From contig CAIKXE010000005.1 in assembly GCA_903831305.1 (NCBI GenBank), positions 11,288 through 75,287 on the forward strand: DNA of 64,000 nt, read 5' to 3'. The notes under the pieces were generated by a model. It was not told the origin of the DNA and searched no databases. It saw only the letters and a program-made list of their open reading frames with translations. Positions 29,025-37,948 of this stretch are shown in pieces. Position numbers and translations under genes: made by a program. Within the stretch, counting starts at the first letter, position 1. The number at the start of each line of letters is the position of its first letter. This DNA comes from an uncultured bacterium. Lineage in GTDB: Bacteria; Patescibacteriota; Minisyncoccia; Phycocordibacterales; GWA1-40-21.

Positions 29025-29041
29025 ATACCCCCAGGGGGTAT
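29025..29041. promoter_or_regulatory. CsoR-type operator ATACCCCC-A-GGGGGTAT, 12 nt upstream of the csoR ATG
   Basis: Perfect 8-1-8 GC-rich palindrome of the TACCC...GGGTA class known for CsoR operators (for example B. subtilis copZA). Confidence 0.7.
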
Positions 29042-29054
29042 TGTCAACTAAATT

Positions 29055-29090
29055 AAAAAACCACCCTCAAATTTGGGTGGTTTTTTATTT
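29055..29090. terminator. Bidirectional intrinsic terminator (downstream of the KH-domain gene)
   Basis: aaaaaaCCACCC-tcaaattt-GGGTGGtttttt. Confidence 0.65.
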
Positions 29091-29099
29091 AAAATTTGA

Positions 29100-29435
29100 T
29101 TAGAGACCGAGGCTAGCCATAGCTTCATCCACTGTCTTGGAAGCCTTAGGCTCCGGTGAAGCGGTAGTTCTCATCTCAGGCTTGAGTCCCCCTTCTGGCT
29201 CACTGATCTTAAGATTAACCCTGGAGTTATTCTTCATACCAACGACGCGTAAAAGAGTTCTGATAGCCTTGGCGGTGTTTCCCATCCGTCCAATGACCTT
29301 GCCCATATCAGCAGCATTGACATCAAGAGTAAGTAATACACCCATCTCATCCACTGTCCTCTTAATCTTTACATCACTTGGATTATCTACCAAACCTTTG
29401 ACAATATAATCCAAAAACTGTGTATCCATTTCCAT
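29100..29435 (-). CDS. KH-domain RNA-binding protein (UPF0109/KhpA-like) with a C-terminal extension
   Basis: GVLLTLDVNAADMGKVIGRMGNTAKAIRTLL is the KhpA-type KH fold with the GxxG loop. Confidence 0.7.
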   Translation of the reverse strand: MEMDTQFLDYIVKGLVDNPSDVKIKRTVDEMGVLLTLDVNAADMGKVIGRMGNTAKAIRTLLRVVGMKNNSRVNLKISEPEGGLKPEMRTTASPEPKASKTVDEAMASLGL

Positions 29436-29569
29436 TGTATTTGTATTTTCGTTAATTCATTCGGCAGTAGTTCGACCTGTAATTATTTAATAATACTGCA
29501 TGCCCGGCTACCTTATTGTATCCTGGCCTTGATAAATATTACCACAATTAAAAATATGGTGCAAGAAAA

Positions 29570-29854
29570 CTAATTTGCCGTGGGACACACAAACTCACAT
29601 TTTGAACCAGAGCGACCGACATAAGAACCATCGGGGCACAGCTTGGCATCCATGGTACAGGCTACAGGTTCAGCCGGTTTAGTAGAGGTTGCCACTGGTG
29701 GAAATATCTCCGGCCTTACTTCTTTTTCTACTCTTTCATTTGTAAAAAAATAAACCCCACCACCCAAAACTAATAAGGCAATAACAGCTATTAAGGCAGG
29801 AGCTACGAAACCTTTTTGTAAGTTTTTCATATTGGTATTATAACATAAAATCAC
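29570..29854 (-). CDS. Small secreted 4-Cys protein, hypothetical
   Basis: TM/signal helix, then CTMDAKLCPDGSYVGRSGSKCEFVC. Confidence 0.35.
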   Translation of the reverse strand: MILCYNTNMKNLQKGFVAPALIAVIALLVLGGGVYFFTNERVEKEVRPEIFPPVATSTKPAEPVACTMDAKLCPDGSYVGRSGSKCEFVCPTAN

Positions 29855-29883
29855 CCTGAGAGACTCTCAGGGTGATTTTAGTT

Positions 29884-30288
29884 TTAGAGTTTGATAGGTT
29901 CACCTGGGACTTCAACTTTTGGAGTCTCGGTCTTGGCTTCCTCTAATTTAGCTTCAGCTTTAGGAGCCTCGGCGGCCTTCTTTTCTTCCTCAGTTAGTTC
30001 TTTCTTGATCGGTCTCTTCTTAGGTAAAGCATTGACCTTCTTACCGGTAATCACTTTCTTAGAAATCAATAAATTTCTCATAGTATCAGAGAGCTGAGCA
30101 CCCTTGGAAATCCAATACTTGATTCTCTCCGCATCCACGTTGCTATTATTTTTAGCTTTTCTAGTATCGTGGTTTCCTAATATTTCTAGGGCCTGACCGC
30201 TCTTGGTGCTTCTCTTAGAATCAACTAAAACCACACGAAAAGTGGGCTCATGGATTCTTCCGACACGTTGTAATCTGATCATTAACAT
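29884..30288 (-). CDS. rpsP: 30S ribosomal protein S16 with a Lys/Ala/Glu-rich C-terminal extension (start at internal MLMIRLQRVG; ORF-track N-terminus is spurious)
   Basis: MIRLQRVGRIHEPTFRVVLVDSKRS...ERIKYWISKGAQLSD matches the S16 consensus (RLxRxG...YxVVxDSR...RIxYWLxxGAQxSD). Confidence 0.85.
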   Translation of the reverse strand: MLMIRLQRVGRIHEPTFRVVLVDSKRSTKSGQALEILGNHDTRKAKNNSNVDAERIKYWISKGAQLSDTMRNLLISKKVITGKKVNALPKKRPIKKELTEEEKKAAEAPKAEAKLEEAKTETPKVEVPGEPIKL

Positions 30289-30377
30289 ACGGGCTATACT
30301 AAACGAAAACATTAAAATAGTCAACCCCAAACGACAAATAAATATACATTTAGCCCATTTTCTGCTACAATCAGTCA

Positions 30378-32354
30378 ATGCCCAACCGAAAAAAGCCGGT
30401 ATCTAACATGAAACCCAAAGCAGGCCCTAATAAAGCCATAACGGGTATTTTAAGCGTAAATGCCCGCGGAATAGGCTATTTGAAGTCTATAATCAAGGAT
30501 AAAGAAGATCTGGAAATCCAGAATAGTAATTTAAATACGGGACTAAACGGTGACACAGTGTTAGTACTTCCTCTACCCGGAAGAGGCGGTGAGAGACCGG
30601 CCGGAAAAGTGATCAGCGTGGAGAAAAGAGCCAAGCGCGCTTTTGCTGGGATTTTACAAAAAGAAAATGATACCTACTATCTATTACCCGATGATAAAAA
30701 AATGTATGCGGATATTGTGATTTCTAAAGATAATGTGATTGCCCAAAAAGCCGAGGTTGGCAAAAAAATTCTAGTCAAAATCAATCAGTGGAACAAGGGA
30801 GCGAATCCGGAAGGATCTATTGTCCAGGTGCTAGGCCAGGCCGGTGAGCATAATACGGAGATGGAATCTATCCTCTATGAAAAGGGTTTTGAGATAGGCT
30901 TTTCTGAACGGGTAGAAGCCGAGGCCCAAAAGCTGGAAAAAACTGAGAAGCCCATCCCTCAAGCGGAGATTGCCAAGAGGCGCGACTTTAGAAATACCAC
31001 CACCTTTACCATTGACCCCAAGGATGCTAAAGACTTTGATGATGCCATCTCCATAAAAAACTTGCCAAATGGTAACTTTGAGATTGGCGTGCATATTGCC
31101 GATGTGTCACATTATGTCCGGGAGCGCACCGCCCTTGATGATGAGGCAATCAAACGAGAATTCTCCGTCTATCTGGTGGACCGCACTATCCCCATGCTTC
31201 CGGAAGTCCTCTCTAATGATATTTGTAGCCTTAACCCCGGTGAAGAGAAGCTCACTTTTTCCGCCGTTTTTGAGATGACCATGAGTGGCAAAATAATCTC
31301 CCGCTGGTTTGGTAAGACGATTATAAAATCAGATAAGCGGTTTACTTATGAGCTGGCGCAAGAAGTACTAAATACTGGCAAGGGTGAATTTTTTGATAAT
31401 TTAAAGACTTTAGACACTATTGCTAAAAAGCTAAGAGCTGAAAAGACGATCAATGGTGCAATAGACTTTGAGCAAGATGAGATTGCTTTTGAACTAGATA
31501 AGACGGGCAAGCCGATCCGTATTTATAAAAAGCAGAGACTGGATACACATAAACTAGTAGAGGAATATATGCTTCATGCTAATAAGGAAGTAGCGGAATT
31601 TATCTATAAGGCTTATAAGCGGACAAATTCTGATAGTCCATTTATTTACCGTATTCATGATTTGCCTGATAATGAAAAGATCCAAGCTTTAAGTATTTTT
31701 GTTAAAGCCCTCGGTTATGAACTACCCATCAAAAAAGGTAAAGGTATAACCGCCCTAGATTTACAGAACTTATTTAAACAAATTGAGGGTAAAGCCGAAG
31801 AGTCCATGATTAAAACAGCGGCGGTGCGCTCTATGGCCAAAGCCATTTATTCTACAAAAAATATTGGTCACTTTGGACTAGCTTTTGAATTTTATACTCA
31901 CTTTACTTCCCCCATCAGACGGTATCCTGACCTCCTGGTGCACCGCCTACTCCAAAAGCATTTGAAGGATGAAAAGCTGCCCAAGAGCGAGTGGATTAAA
32001 TATGAAAAGATCTCTGCTCTAGCCACCGAGAAAGAAATCAAAGCGGCCGAAGCCGAGCGAGATTCTAAAAAATATAAGCAGATTGAATTTATGAAGGATA
32101 AGGTGGGTCAAGTGTTTGATGGTACTATCACCGGCGTCACCGAGTGGGGTATTTATGTGGAGGAAAAGGAAACCCGCGCTGAAGGGATGGTGAAGATCCG
32201 TGACTTGGGTAGTGACTATTATGTTTTAGATCAAAAAAACTATTGTGTGATAGGCCAGAAAACCAAAAAGAAATTTAGCCTAGGTGATCAAATCAAATTT
32301 AAAATCATTTCGGCTGATTTAGAAAAAAGAGCGATAGATTGTCTCCTAGTATAA
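30378..32354 (+). CDS. rnr: Ribonuclease R (RNB-family 3'-5' exoribonuclease, VacB)
   Basis: N-terminal cold-shock/OB domains; RNB motifs RRDFRNTTTFTIDPKDAKDFDDAISI and HFGLAFEFYTHFTSPIRRYPDLLVHR; C-terminal S1 domain. Confidence 0.85.
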   Translation: MPNRKKPVSNMKPKAGPNKAITGILSVNARGIGYLKSIIKDKEDLEIQNSNLNTGLNGDTVLVLPLPGRGGERPAGKVISVEKRAKRAFAGILQKENDTYYLLPDDKKMYADIVISKDNVIAQKAEVGKKILVKINQWNKGANPEGSIVQVLGQAGEHNTEMESILYEKGFEIGFSERVEAEAQKLEKTEKPIPQAEIAKRRDFRNTTTFTIDPKDAKDFDDAISIKNLPNGNFEIGVHIADVSHYVRERTALDDEAIKREFSVYLVDRTIPMLPEVLSNDICSLNPGEEKLTFSAVFEMTMSGKIISRWFGKTIIKSDKRFTYELAQEVLNTGKGEFFDNLKTLDTIAKKLRAEKTINGAIDFEQDEIAFELDKTGKPIRIYKKQRLDTHKLVEEYMLHANKEVAEFIYKAYKRTNSDSPFIYRIHDLPDNEKIQALSIFVKALGYELPIKKGKGITALDLQNLFKQIEGKAEESMIKTAAVRSMAKAIYSTKNIGHFGLAFEFYTHFTSPIRRYPDLLVHRLLQKHLKDEKLPKSEWIKYEKISALATEKEIKAAEAERDSKKYKQIEFMKDKVGQVFDGTITGVTEWGIYVEEKETRAEGMVKIRDLGSDYYVLDQKNYCVIGQKTKKKFSLGDQIKFKIISADLEKRAIDCLLV

Positions 32355-32472
32355 AACCAGATTAAAATATTGTGTTTGTGAGCCTCTCGGAAGACGACGG
32401 TCTGAGAGTGAGGGATTTTTTCAGCAGAAAAAATACCCGTGCTCAAAAAACATAATATTTTAATCTGGTTTT
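32353..32472. repeat. Long-range inverted repeat (19-bp arms AAAACCAGATTAAAATATT / AATATTTTAATCTGGTTTT) enclosing an ~80-nt GC-richer core, between convergent rnr and the DUF167 gene
   Basis: The arms are exactly complementary. The core contains nested complementary segments (ctctc...gagag; tgagc...gctca). Confidence 0.55.
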
Positions 32473-32479
32473 AATTAAA

Positions 32480-32731
32480 CTACTTAATTTCAAACACTTT
32501 TTGTTTAGACGTCTGGCCGGAGACCAAAGTAATCCGGCTGATTGAAGTATTAAAATACTCAGCCAAGGCGCGTATTATGGCTTCATTGGCCTTACCAGCC
32601 ACTGGGGCCTCCTTGACTGACACCTTATAAATCACTAGTTCAGTCTGGCCAATGGAAAGCAGGGTGGGCTGACTTATGCGTTCCACCTTATTTTCCCGCG
32701 CTTTGGTTTTAGCTTTAACAATTATCTTCAC
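32480..32731 (-). CDS. DUF167/YggU-family protein (UPF0235)
   Basis: VKEAPVAGKANEAIIRALAEYFNTSISRITLVSGQTSKQKVFEI is the DUF167 signature. Confidence 0.7.
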   Translation of the reverse strand: MKIIVKAKTKARENKVERISQPTLLSIGQTELVIYKVSVKEAPVAGKANEAIIRALAEYFNTSISRITLVSGQTSKQKVFEIK

Positions 32732-32743
32732 AAAAATAGTGTA

Positions 32744-34000
32744 TCATAAAAATAGCAGATTACGATCCAGATCATCATGGTCAGTTCCCTTGCCTTTCTT
32801 TTTTAGTGCCTTTTGAGTGGAGGCTAAATAAACTACTCGTTTGCCAAATTTCTCTTCTAAACTATCCAGCTGTTTGTGAATCAGCTCAAATTTATTTGCC
32901 TTTATGTCACTTCCAAATAAATCTCCTTGAGATACTTCACTAGAAATAAGCTCCCCCAGAGTCACCCCGGTAGTCCGGTACTGAATTCCCGCTTGATGCA
33001 TCTCTGATAAATAAGCCTTGGCTAGGGGGATAATTATCTCTGGAGCAGAAGTTGGGCCACTTAAAGTAAGCTGACATTTATAATATTTAAAATTTTGACT
33101 TTTAAGAAAAAAGAAAACTTTTTTGGGGACCAGGTGATAATGCCTGGCTTTAATACAGGCTTCCTCAATATTTTTTGATAATTGTGACAAAAGAAAAACC
33201 GGATCATTGGTAGGTGGGTAAAAAGTCCTCGTTTTTTGGATAGAAGAATATACGGTTTTAGGAACGGAATCTATTTTTGACATATACTCCCCTTGCAGTT
33301 CCCGCCACATCTCCTCATACGGCCGAGACAAGTTATATTTCACCCAAGCCAAATCCTTGTTTATAAAATCTAGAGCTGTTTGAATACCTCTTTTCTGTAA
33401 AAACTCCGCCGTCTTGGGGCCAATACCCCAGATTTTGCCAATAGGTGTTTTAGTCAAAAAAACTGGAATAGTTTCCATATTAATCACAGTTAGTCCGTTC
33501 GGCTTTTGCCACTTGGAAGCGACCTTGGCCAGGACTTTGGTCGGAGCTAGGCCAATGGACACTGATAAATTTAATTCATCACTTATTTCTTTTTTAATTC
33601 GCTCGGCAATCTGCCGGTAAGTCATCCGCAAGGGTGGCTCAAGCCCCGTCAGATCAGCAAAGCATTCATCAATACTGTATTCCTCCACCTCATCCGCATA
33701 CCGCCGAACAATCTCAAACATCATTGCTGAATAGTGAGCATAAGCCTGATAGTCACCGGGTAAAACTATTACCTGGGGAAAATCTTTCTTTATTCGATAG
33801 ATGGGCATACCGCGGATAATACCAATAGCTTTAGCCTCATAGGAAAGCGCCGAGACAATCCCGCGTTCTTCCCCGGTCACCACTGGTTTGCCTTTCAGTT
33901 TGGGATTTTTAGCCATCTCCACGCCCACAAAAAAAGCATCACCATCCATGTGAAAAATAGTTTTGGTTTTTATTATTTTAGTCTGACCGGATTCATTCAT
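32744..34000 (-). CDS. dinB: Y-family translesion DNA polymerase IV (DinB-like)
   Basis: IFHMDGDAFFVGVE, SIDECFADLTG and little-finger/HhH regions. Confidence 0.8.
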   Translation of the reverse strand: MNESGQTKIIKTKTIFHMDGDAFFVGVEMAKNPKLKGKPVVTGEERGIVSALSYEAKAIGIIRGMPIYRIKKDFPQVIVLPGDYQAYAHYSAMMFEIVRRYADEVEEYSIDECFADLTGLEPPLRMTYRQIAERIKKEISDELNLSVSIGLAPTKVLAKVASKWQKPNGLTVINMETIPVFLTKTPIGKIWGIGPKTAEFLQKRGIQTALDFINKDLAWVKYNLSRPYEEMWRELQGEYMSKIDSVPKTVYSSIQKTRTFYPPTNDPVFLLSQLSKNIEEACIKARHYHLVPKKVFFFLKSQNFKYYKCQLTLSGPTSAPEIIIPLAKAYLSEMHQAGIQYRTTGVTLGELISSEVSQGDLFGSDIKANKFELIHKQLDSLEEKFGKRVVYLASTQKALKKKGKGTDHDDLDRNLLFL

Positions 34001-34043
34001 CCAGACATTATACTACAAAGTGAACGAATGTTCACTAGGAGTT

Positions 34044-34607
34044 CTAAATAGCGGACTCACCTTCAAAATCTTTGACCCATTCACCGATCTCATTGTTTTT
34101 AATATCATAATGCACCCAAACACTTCTTCCAACGGACGGTGGTGTAGTCATAGGCTCAAGCGCCTTGCGCTCAGCAAAATTATATACCGCTCGACCGGCT
34201 TGAATTTCTAGGGTCTGTGGGGCAATACGGTCACCAAGAAGCATAGTGTTTGTTACCTGATAGGAACCATTATTATTTATCACTAATACGCCATAGTAAA
34301 AAGTACCGCTACCACCGGGTGTATAAGCTAACCATAAAGCGGCATCATTAGCCTTACCATCAGCATTCAGATCTCCATAAACCGGCTCACCAAATATAGA
34401 TAAGGTGCTACTACTCAGGGCCAGTTCCTCGGTGCCAATGGTGTAAATCATACTACGCACATCTGGAGCGTTCTGACCAGGAATAATATCGCCACCATCA
34501 GTAAAATTAAAACGGTAAAAGCCAGCCACCGCAATAACTAAAACAACCAAAATTACCCCACCCAAAACCCCCAGGATTATTTTTTTCATACGCATATTAT
34601 ACCACAA
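34044..34607 (-). CDS. Secreted hypothetical protein
   Basis: N-terminal signal/TM helix; no recognisable motifs. Confidence 0.4.
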   Translation of the reverse strand: MWYNMRMKKIILGVLGGVILVVLVIAVAGFYRFNFTDGGDIIPGQNAPDVRSMIYTIGTEELALSSSTLSIFGEPVYGDLNADGKANDAALWLAYTPGGSGTFYYGVLVINNNGSYQVTNTMLLGDRIAPQTLEIQAGRAVYNFAERKALEPMTTPPSVGRSVWVHYDIKNNEIGEWVKDFEGESAI

Positions 34608-34624
34608 AATTTGATGAAAAAAAT

Positions 34625-36892
34625 TTATTTAGCTACCTGAACCGCTTCGTCAAACTGAATGGAGAGAAGCTTGGAAATACCGTCCATCCCCATGGTCACA
34701 CCATAGATGATGCCAGCTCGAGACATAGTCTCCCGATTATGGGTCACTAAAATCAGCTGTGAATATTTTGACAGCTCAGTAATCATATCACCATACTTTT
34801 TAGAGTTTGCTTCATCTAAAGCGGCATCCGTCTCATCTAGAATAATAAATGGCGGTGGGTTCACTTGTGACATAGCAAAGAGTAGAGCAATAGAAGTCAG
34901 AGCGCGTTCACCACCAGAAAGCATCATCAAGCCCTTGATCTTTTTCTTCGGCAAATTTACTTCAATATCAATTCCCTCTTCAGAAACTTCCTCCGCCTGA
35001 GTCTGATCAAAAGATTCGTCACCCAATTCTCCAACTTCTAACCCTGACAAATCTGTATCTCTTCTTTTCTTCTTTACTTCTCTAATCACAGAGAGCTTGG
35101 CTGTCCCACCGCCAAACATCTTACTAAAAAACTCTTGAAATTGCGTATTGATCTTCTCCACACCGATCTTAAACTCGGTCGTCAACTTATCATCAAGCTC
35201 CTTGATCAGAGCCTGCAAGGACACCGATGATGCACCCAAATCCACGAGCTCTTTCTCCAGAAAAGTATCGCGCTCACTGGCGTCACGGTATTCACGGAGC
35301 ACTTCATCAGAGGAACCAATACCCGCATCCTCAATCCTAATCTTTAGTCTCTCAATATTCTTACGGCGTTCTTCCTGATTTCCCCTTTCCTCGGGCATCA
35401 TTTCTAGTAGCAACTCTTTGTAACGCACTGCTTCCACCCCTACGAGCACTCCCGCCTCCGTGAGCTCCTGCTTAAAATTATTCTCGTCAGTAGTGAGTCT
35501 CTCCTCTCTGTTTTGCAAACCGGCCAGTTTAGTGTTGATTTCATTCTGCTCGGCCATAATTCTAAAAACCGCCTTCTCCGCATCACGATTAGAATCTTTT
35601 TCCTTTTCAATTTCTTCTTTGACTGAATTATACTTGGCGGTGAATTCGCTTTCTTTATTTTTAATATCAATCAATTCTTTCTCTACTTCTTCTTTGCGAA
35701 CACGAAGGGTGGCCATCTCTTGCTCGGTCTCTTTATGAGAATCATCCACCGCAGGAGCTTTATTTTCATTTATAAAATTAAGCAGGATACCCTTGATTTT
35801 ATTTAAAGTATTTTTTATTAATGACAAATCACTACTATTAGAACTAGCCTCAATCTCCTGAGAAACCAGACCAATCATGCTTTCCACGGTACTTAAATCC
35901 ACCTTTTTAGCCTCCACCGAGGTAGCGGCCTGCATCTGCTTTTTATATTGCCTATCCAAATAGCTGATCTCTCCCTCAATCCGGCCGATCTCCCGTACGA
36001 GTAAATCCTTGGATAACCTGGTCTCTCGTAACTCACTCTCCAAACGCATTATTTCATCACTTTTAACGTCCTTGCTCTCACTTCGGCTCAGGATCTCTTT
36101 AGCCTGCTTGAGCTCTTGCTCTAGACGAGCTAGCTCGGCCAAAGGCACCCGCTTTTCCTCCACTAATCTGGCCTTCTCTGCTTTGATATAGTCATCCTCA
36201 CGTTTAAAATATTCCAAATAAAAGTTCTTGAGCTGTTCCCGCATCTCAATGGTCTTCTCAATCTTCTCAACTTGTTTCTTTAGGAATTTTAAATGTGGGG
36301 CAATCTCTCGGCGCAGAGACTCTACTTGTTTTATATTTTCTTCCGTCTTAACGAGCTTACGCTGACTATCTTCCTTTTTATAATGATAGATTTTAAGACC
36401 TAAAGCATCTTCTATCATCTCTCGCCTTTCCTTGATATTGGCATTGAGGATCTTATCCGCCTCTCCTTGAGAGATAATATGATGGCCAGAAGCGCCAATA
36501 TGAGCCGAGGCTAAGAGCTCAATAATATCCTTCAGACGAACAGCTGATCCATTAATAAAATACTCACTGACAGAATCACGGTGAATCACGCGCTCTAAAG
36601 ACACCTCATCAAAATCCAAGTTAAAAATCCGGCGAGTATTATCAAACACCACCTTGGCCGAGGCGCGGTTGGCCCGGGCAGCGTCTTTACCACCGTTAAA
36701 AATCAGATCCTCTACCCTTTTGCCACGGAGAGACTTGATAGACTGCTCACCAAGGACAAAGCGAAAAGCCTCCGCCACATTGCTTTTACCAGAACCGTTT
36801 GGGCCGACGATAGAGGAAATAGGGGTATTAAAATTTAAAACGCTTTTTTTAGCGAAGGATTTAAAACCAGCCAGTTCAATACTCTTTAGCAT
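34625..36892 (-). CDS. smc: SMC-family chromosome segregation ATPase, short form (755 aa)
   Basis: N-terminal Walker A (GPNGSGKSNVAEAFRFVLGE), long coiled-coil, and C-terminal ABC signature LSGGERALTSIALLFAM plus Walker B FIILDETDAALDE. scpA and scpB are in the window. Confidence 0.75.
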   Translation of the reverse strand: MLKSIELAGFKSFAKKSVLNFNTPISSIVGPNGSGKSNVAEAFRFVLGEQSIKSLRGKRVEDLIFNGGKDAARANRASAKVVFDNTRRIFNLDFDEVSLERVIHRDSVSEYFINGSAVRLKDIIELLASAHIGASGHHIISQGEADKILNANIKERREMIEDALGLKIYHYKKEDSQRKLVKTEENIKQVESLRREIAPHLKFLKKQVEKIEKTIEMREQLKNFYLEYFKREDDYIKAEKARLVEEKRVPLAELARLEQELKQAKEILSRSESKDVKSDEIMRLESELRETRLSKDLLVREIGRIEGEISYLDRQYKKQMQAATSVEAKKVDLSTVESMIGLVSQEIEASSNSSDLSLIKNTLNKIKGILLNFINENKAPAVDDSHKETEQEMATLRVRKEEVEKELIDIKNKESEFTAKYNSVKEEIEKEKDSNRDAEKAVFRIMAEQNEINTKLAGLQNREERLTTDENNFKQELTEAGVLVGVEAVRYKELLLEMMPEERGNQEERRKNIERLKIRIEDAGIGSSDEVLREYRDASERDTFLEKELVDLGASSVSLQALIKELDDKLTTEFKIGVEKINTQFQEFFSKMFGGGTAKLSVIREVKKKRRDTDLSGLEVGELGDESFDQTQAEEVSEEGIDIEVNLPKKKIKGLMMLSGGERALTSIALLFAMSQVNPPPFIILDETDAALDEANSKKYGDMITELSKYSQLILVTHNRETMSRAGIIYGVTMGMDGISKLLSIQFDEAVQVAK

Positions 36893-36913
36893 CCATCTAT
36901 TCTAACAGATATT

Positions 36914-37228
36914 TTAATTATTCTCTAGTAGCTCATCCACAAATCTTGCAATATCATTATTTGGAGTATCAAGCTCCATCTCTGACTCAATATAGCCTTC
37001 ACCCCCTAGGGTACTGCCAATAAGCATATGCCAAAATACTAATCTTGCTGGGTTGATATTGTACGTTTTACTAATCATTGTACCAAGTTCAAAAATCTTA
37101 CTAATATCAGACTCATGTTTTTCCAGTGTTAGGAGATCCTTACCAAGCATATTATGATAGGTTTTAACCTTTTCCGTAATTTGAGAGATTTGTTCTATTC
37201 TTGAATTTGATTCTTTTATTTTTTCCAT
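36914..37228 (-). CDS. Hypothetical protein
   Basis: 104-aa ORF in an operon-like position between smc and rnc; no motifs recognised. Confidence 0.35.
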   Translation of the reverse strand: MEKIKESNSRIEQISQITEKVKTYHNMLGKDLLTLEKHESDISKIFELGTMISKTYNINPARLVFWHMLIGSTLGGEGYIESEMELDTPNNDIARFVDELLENN

Positions 37229-37237
37229 TGCCTTAAA

Positions 37238-37945
37238 TTATAACCACTTTTTAAATTCCAAAGCTTTTCTAGCGGCCACTTGCTCGGCCTCTTGCTTGGA
37301 CATACCCTCGCCCTCGGCTACTAATCTATCACCCAAATATACTCCGACAGTAAAACGTTTATCATGATCCGGTCCCTCCTCCTTGAGACTCTTATACTGT
37401 GGGGTAAGGCTTTCCTCCTCTTGGGCTTTTTCCTGGAACTGACTCTTGGCATCTATCCAGCTTTTATCCTCCACTATCTTATCTATCAAATGAAACAAAT
37501 TCTTAGAAATAAAATATTTAGACAGGTCATATCCCTGATCCAGATAGATAGCGCCGATGATGGCTTCCATAGTATTAGCTAAAATATACTGACGGGCCTT
37601 GCCGGTATCCTTAGCCTCACCCTTGGATAAAAGCAAGAAATCATTTACATTTATTTTTTGCGCGGCTTCTGACAGGGTAATGGCGTTCACCAGCGAGGCG
37701 CGGTAAGCCGTCAGATCTCCTTCATTACTATCTGGATACTTTTCAAACAAATATTCCGTCACCAGAAGCTCGAGCACAGCGTCCCCCAGAAACTCTAACC
37801 GCTCATTATGTGATGCCTCCATCCCCCGGTTCTCATTTAAATATGACCGGTGAGTAAAGGCGCGACGAAGTAACTCTTTATTCTTAAAGGTGACACCAGA
37901 AATCTCTTCAAATTTGGCAAAATCGGGAACAGACTTTTTCATCAT
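37238..37945 (-). CDS. rnc: Ribonuclease III
   Basis: RNase III signature ERLEFLGDAVLELLVTEYLF plus a C-terminal dsRBD. Confidence 0.9.
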   Translation of the reverse strand: MMKKSVPDFAKFEEISGVTFKNKELLRRAFTHRSYLNENRGMEASHNERLEFLGDAVLELLVTEYLFEKYPDSNEGDLTAYRASLVNAITLSEAAQKINVNDFLLLSKGEAKDTGKARQYILANTMEAIIGAIYLDQGYDLSKYFISKNLFHLIDKIVEDKSWIDAKSQFQEKAQEEESLTPQYKSLKEEGPDHDKRFTVGVYLGDRLVAEGEGMSKQEAEQVAARKALEFKKWL

Positions 37946-37948
37946 AAA

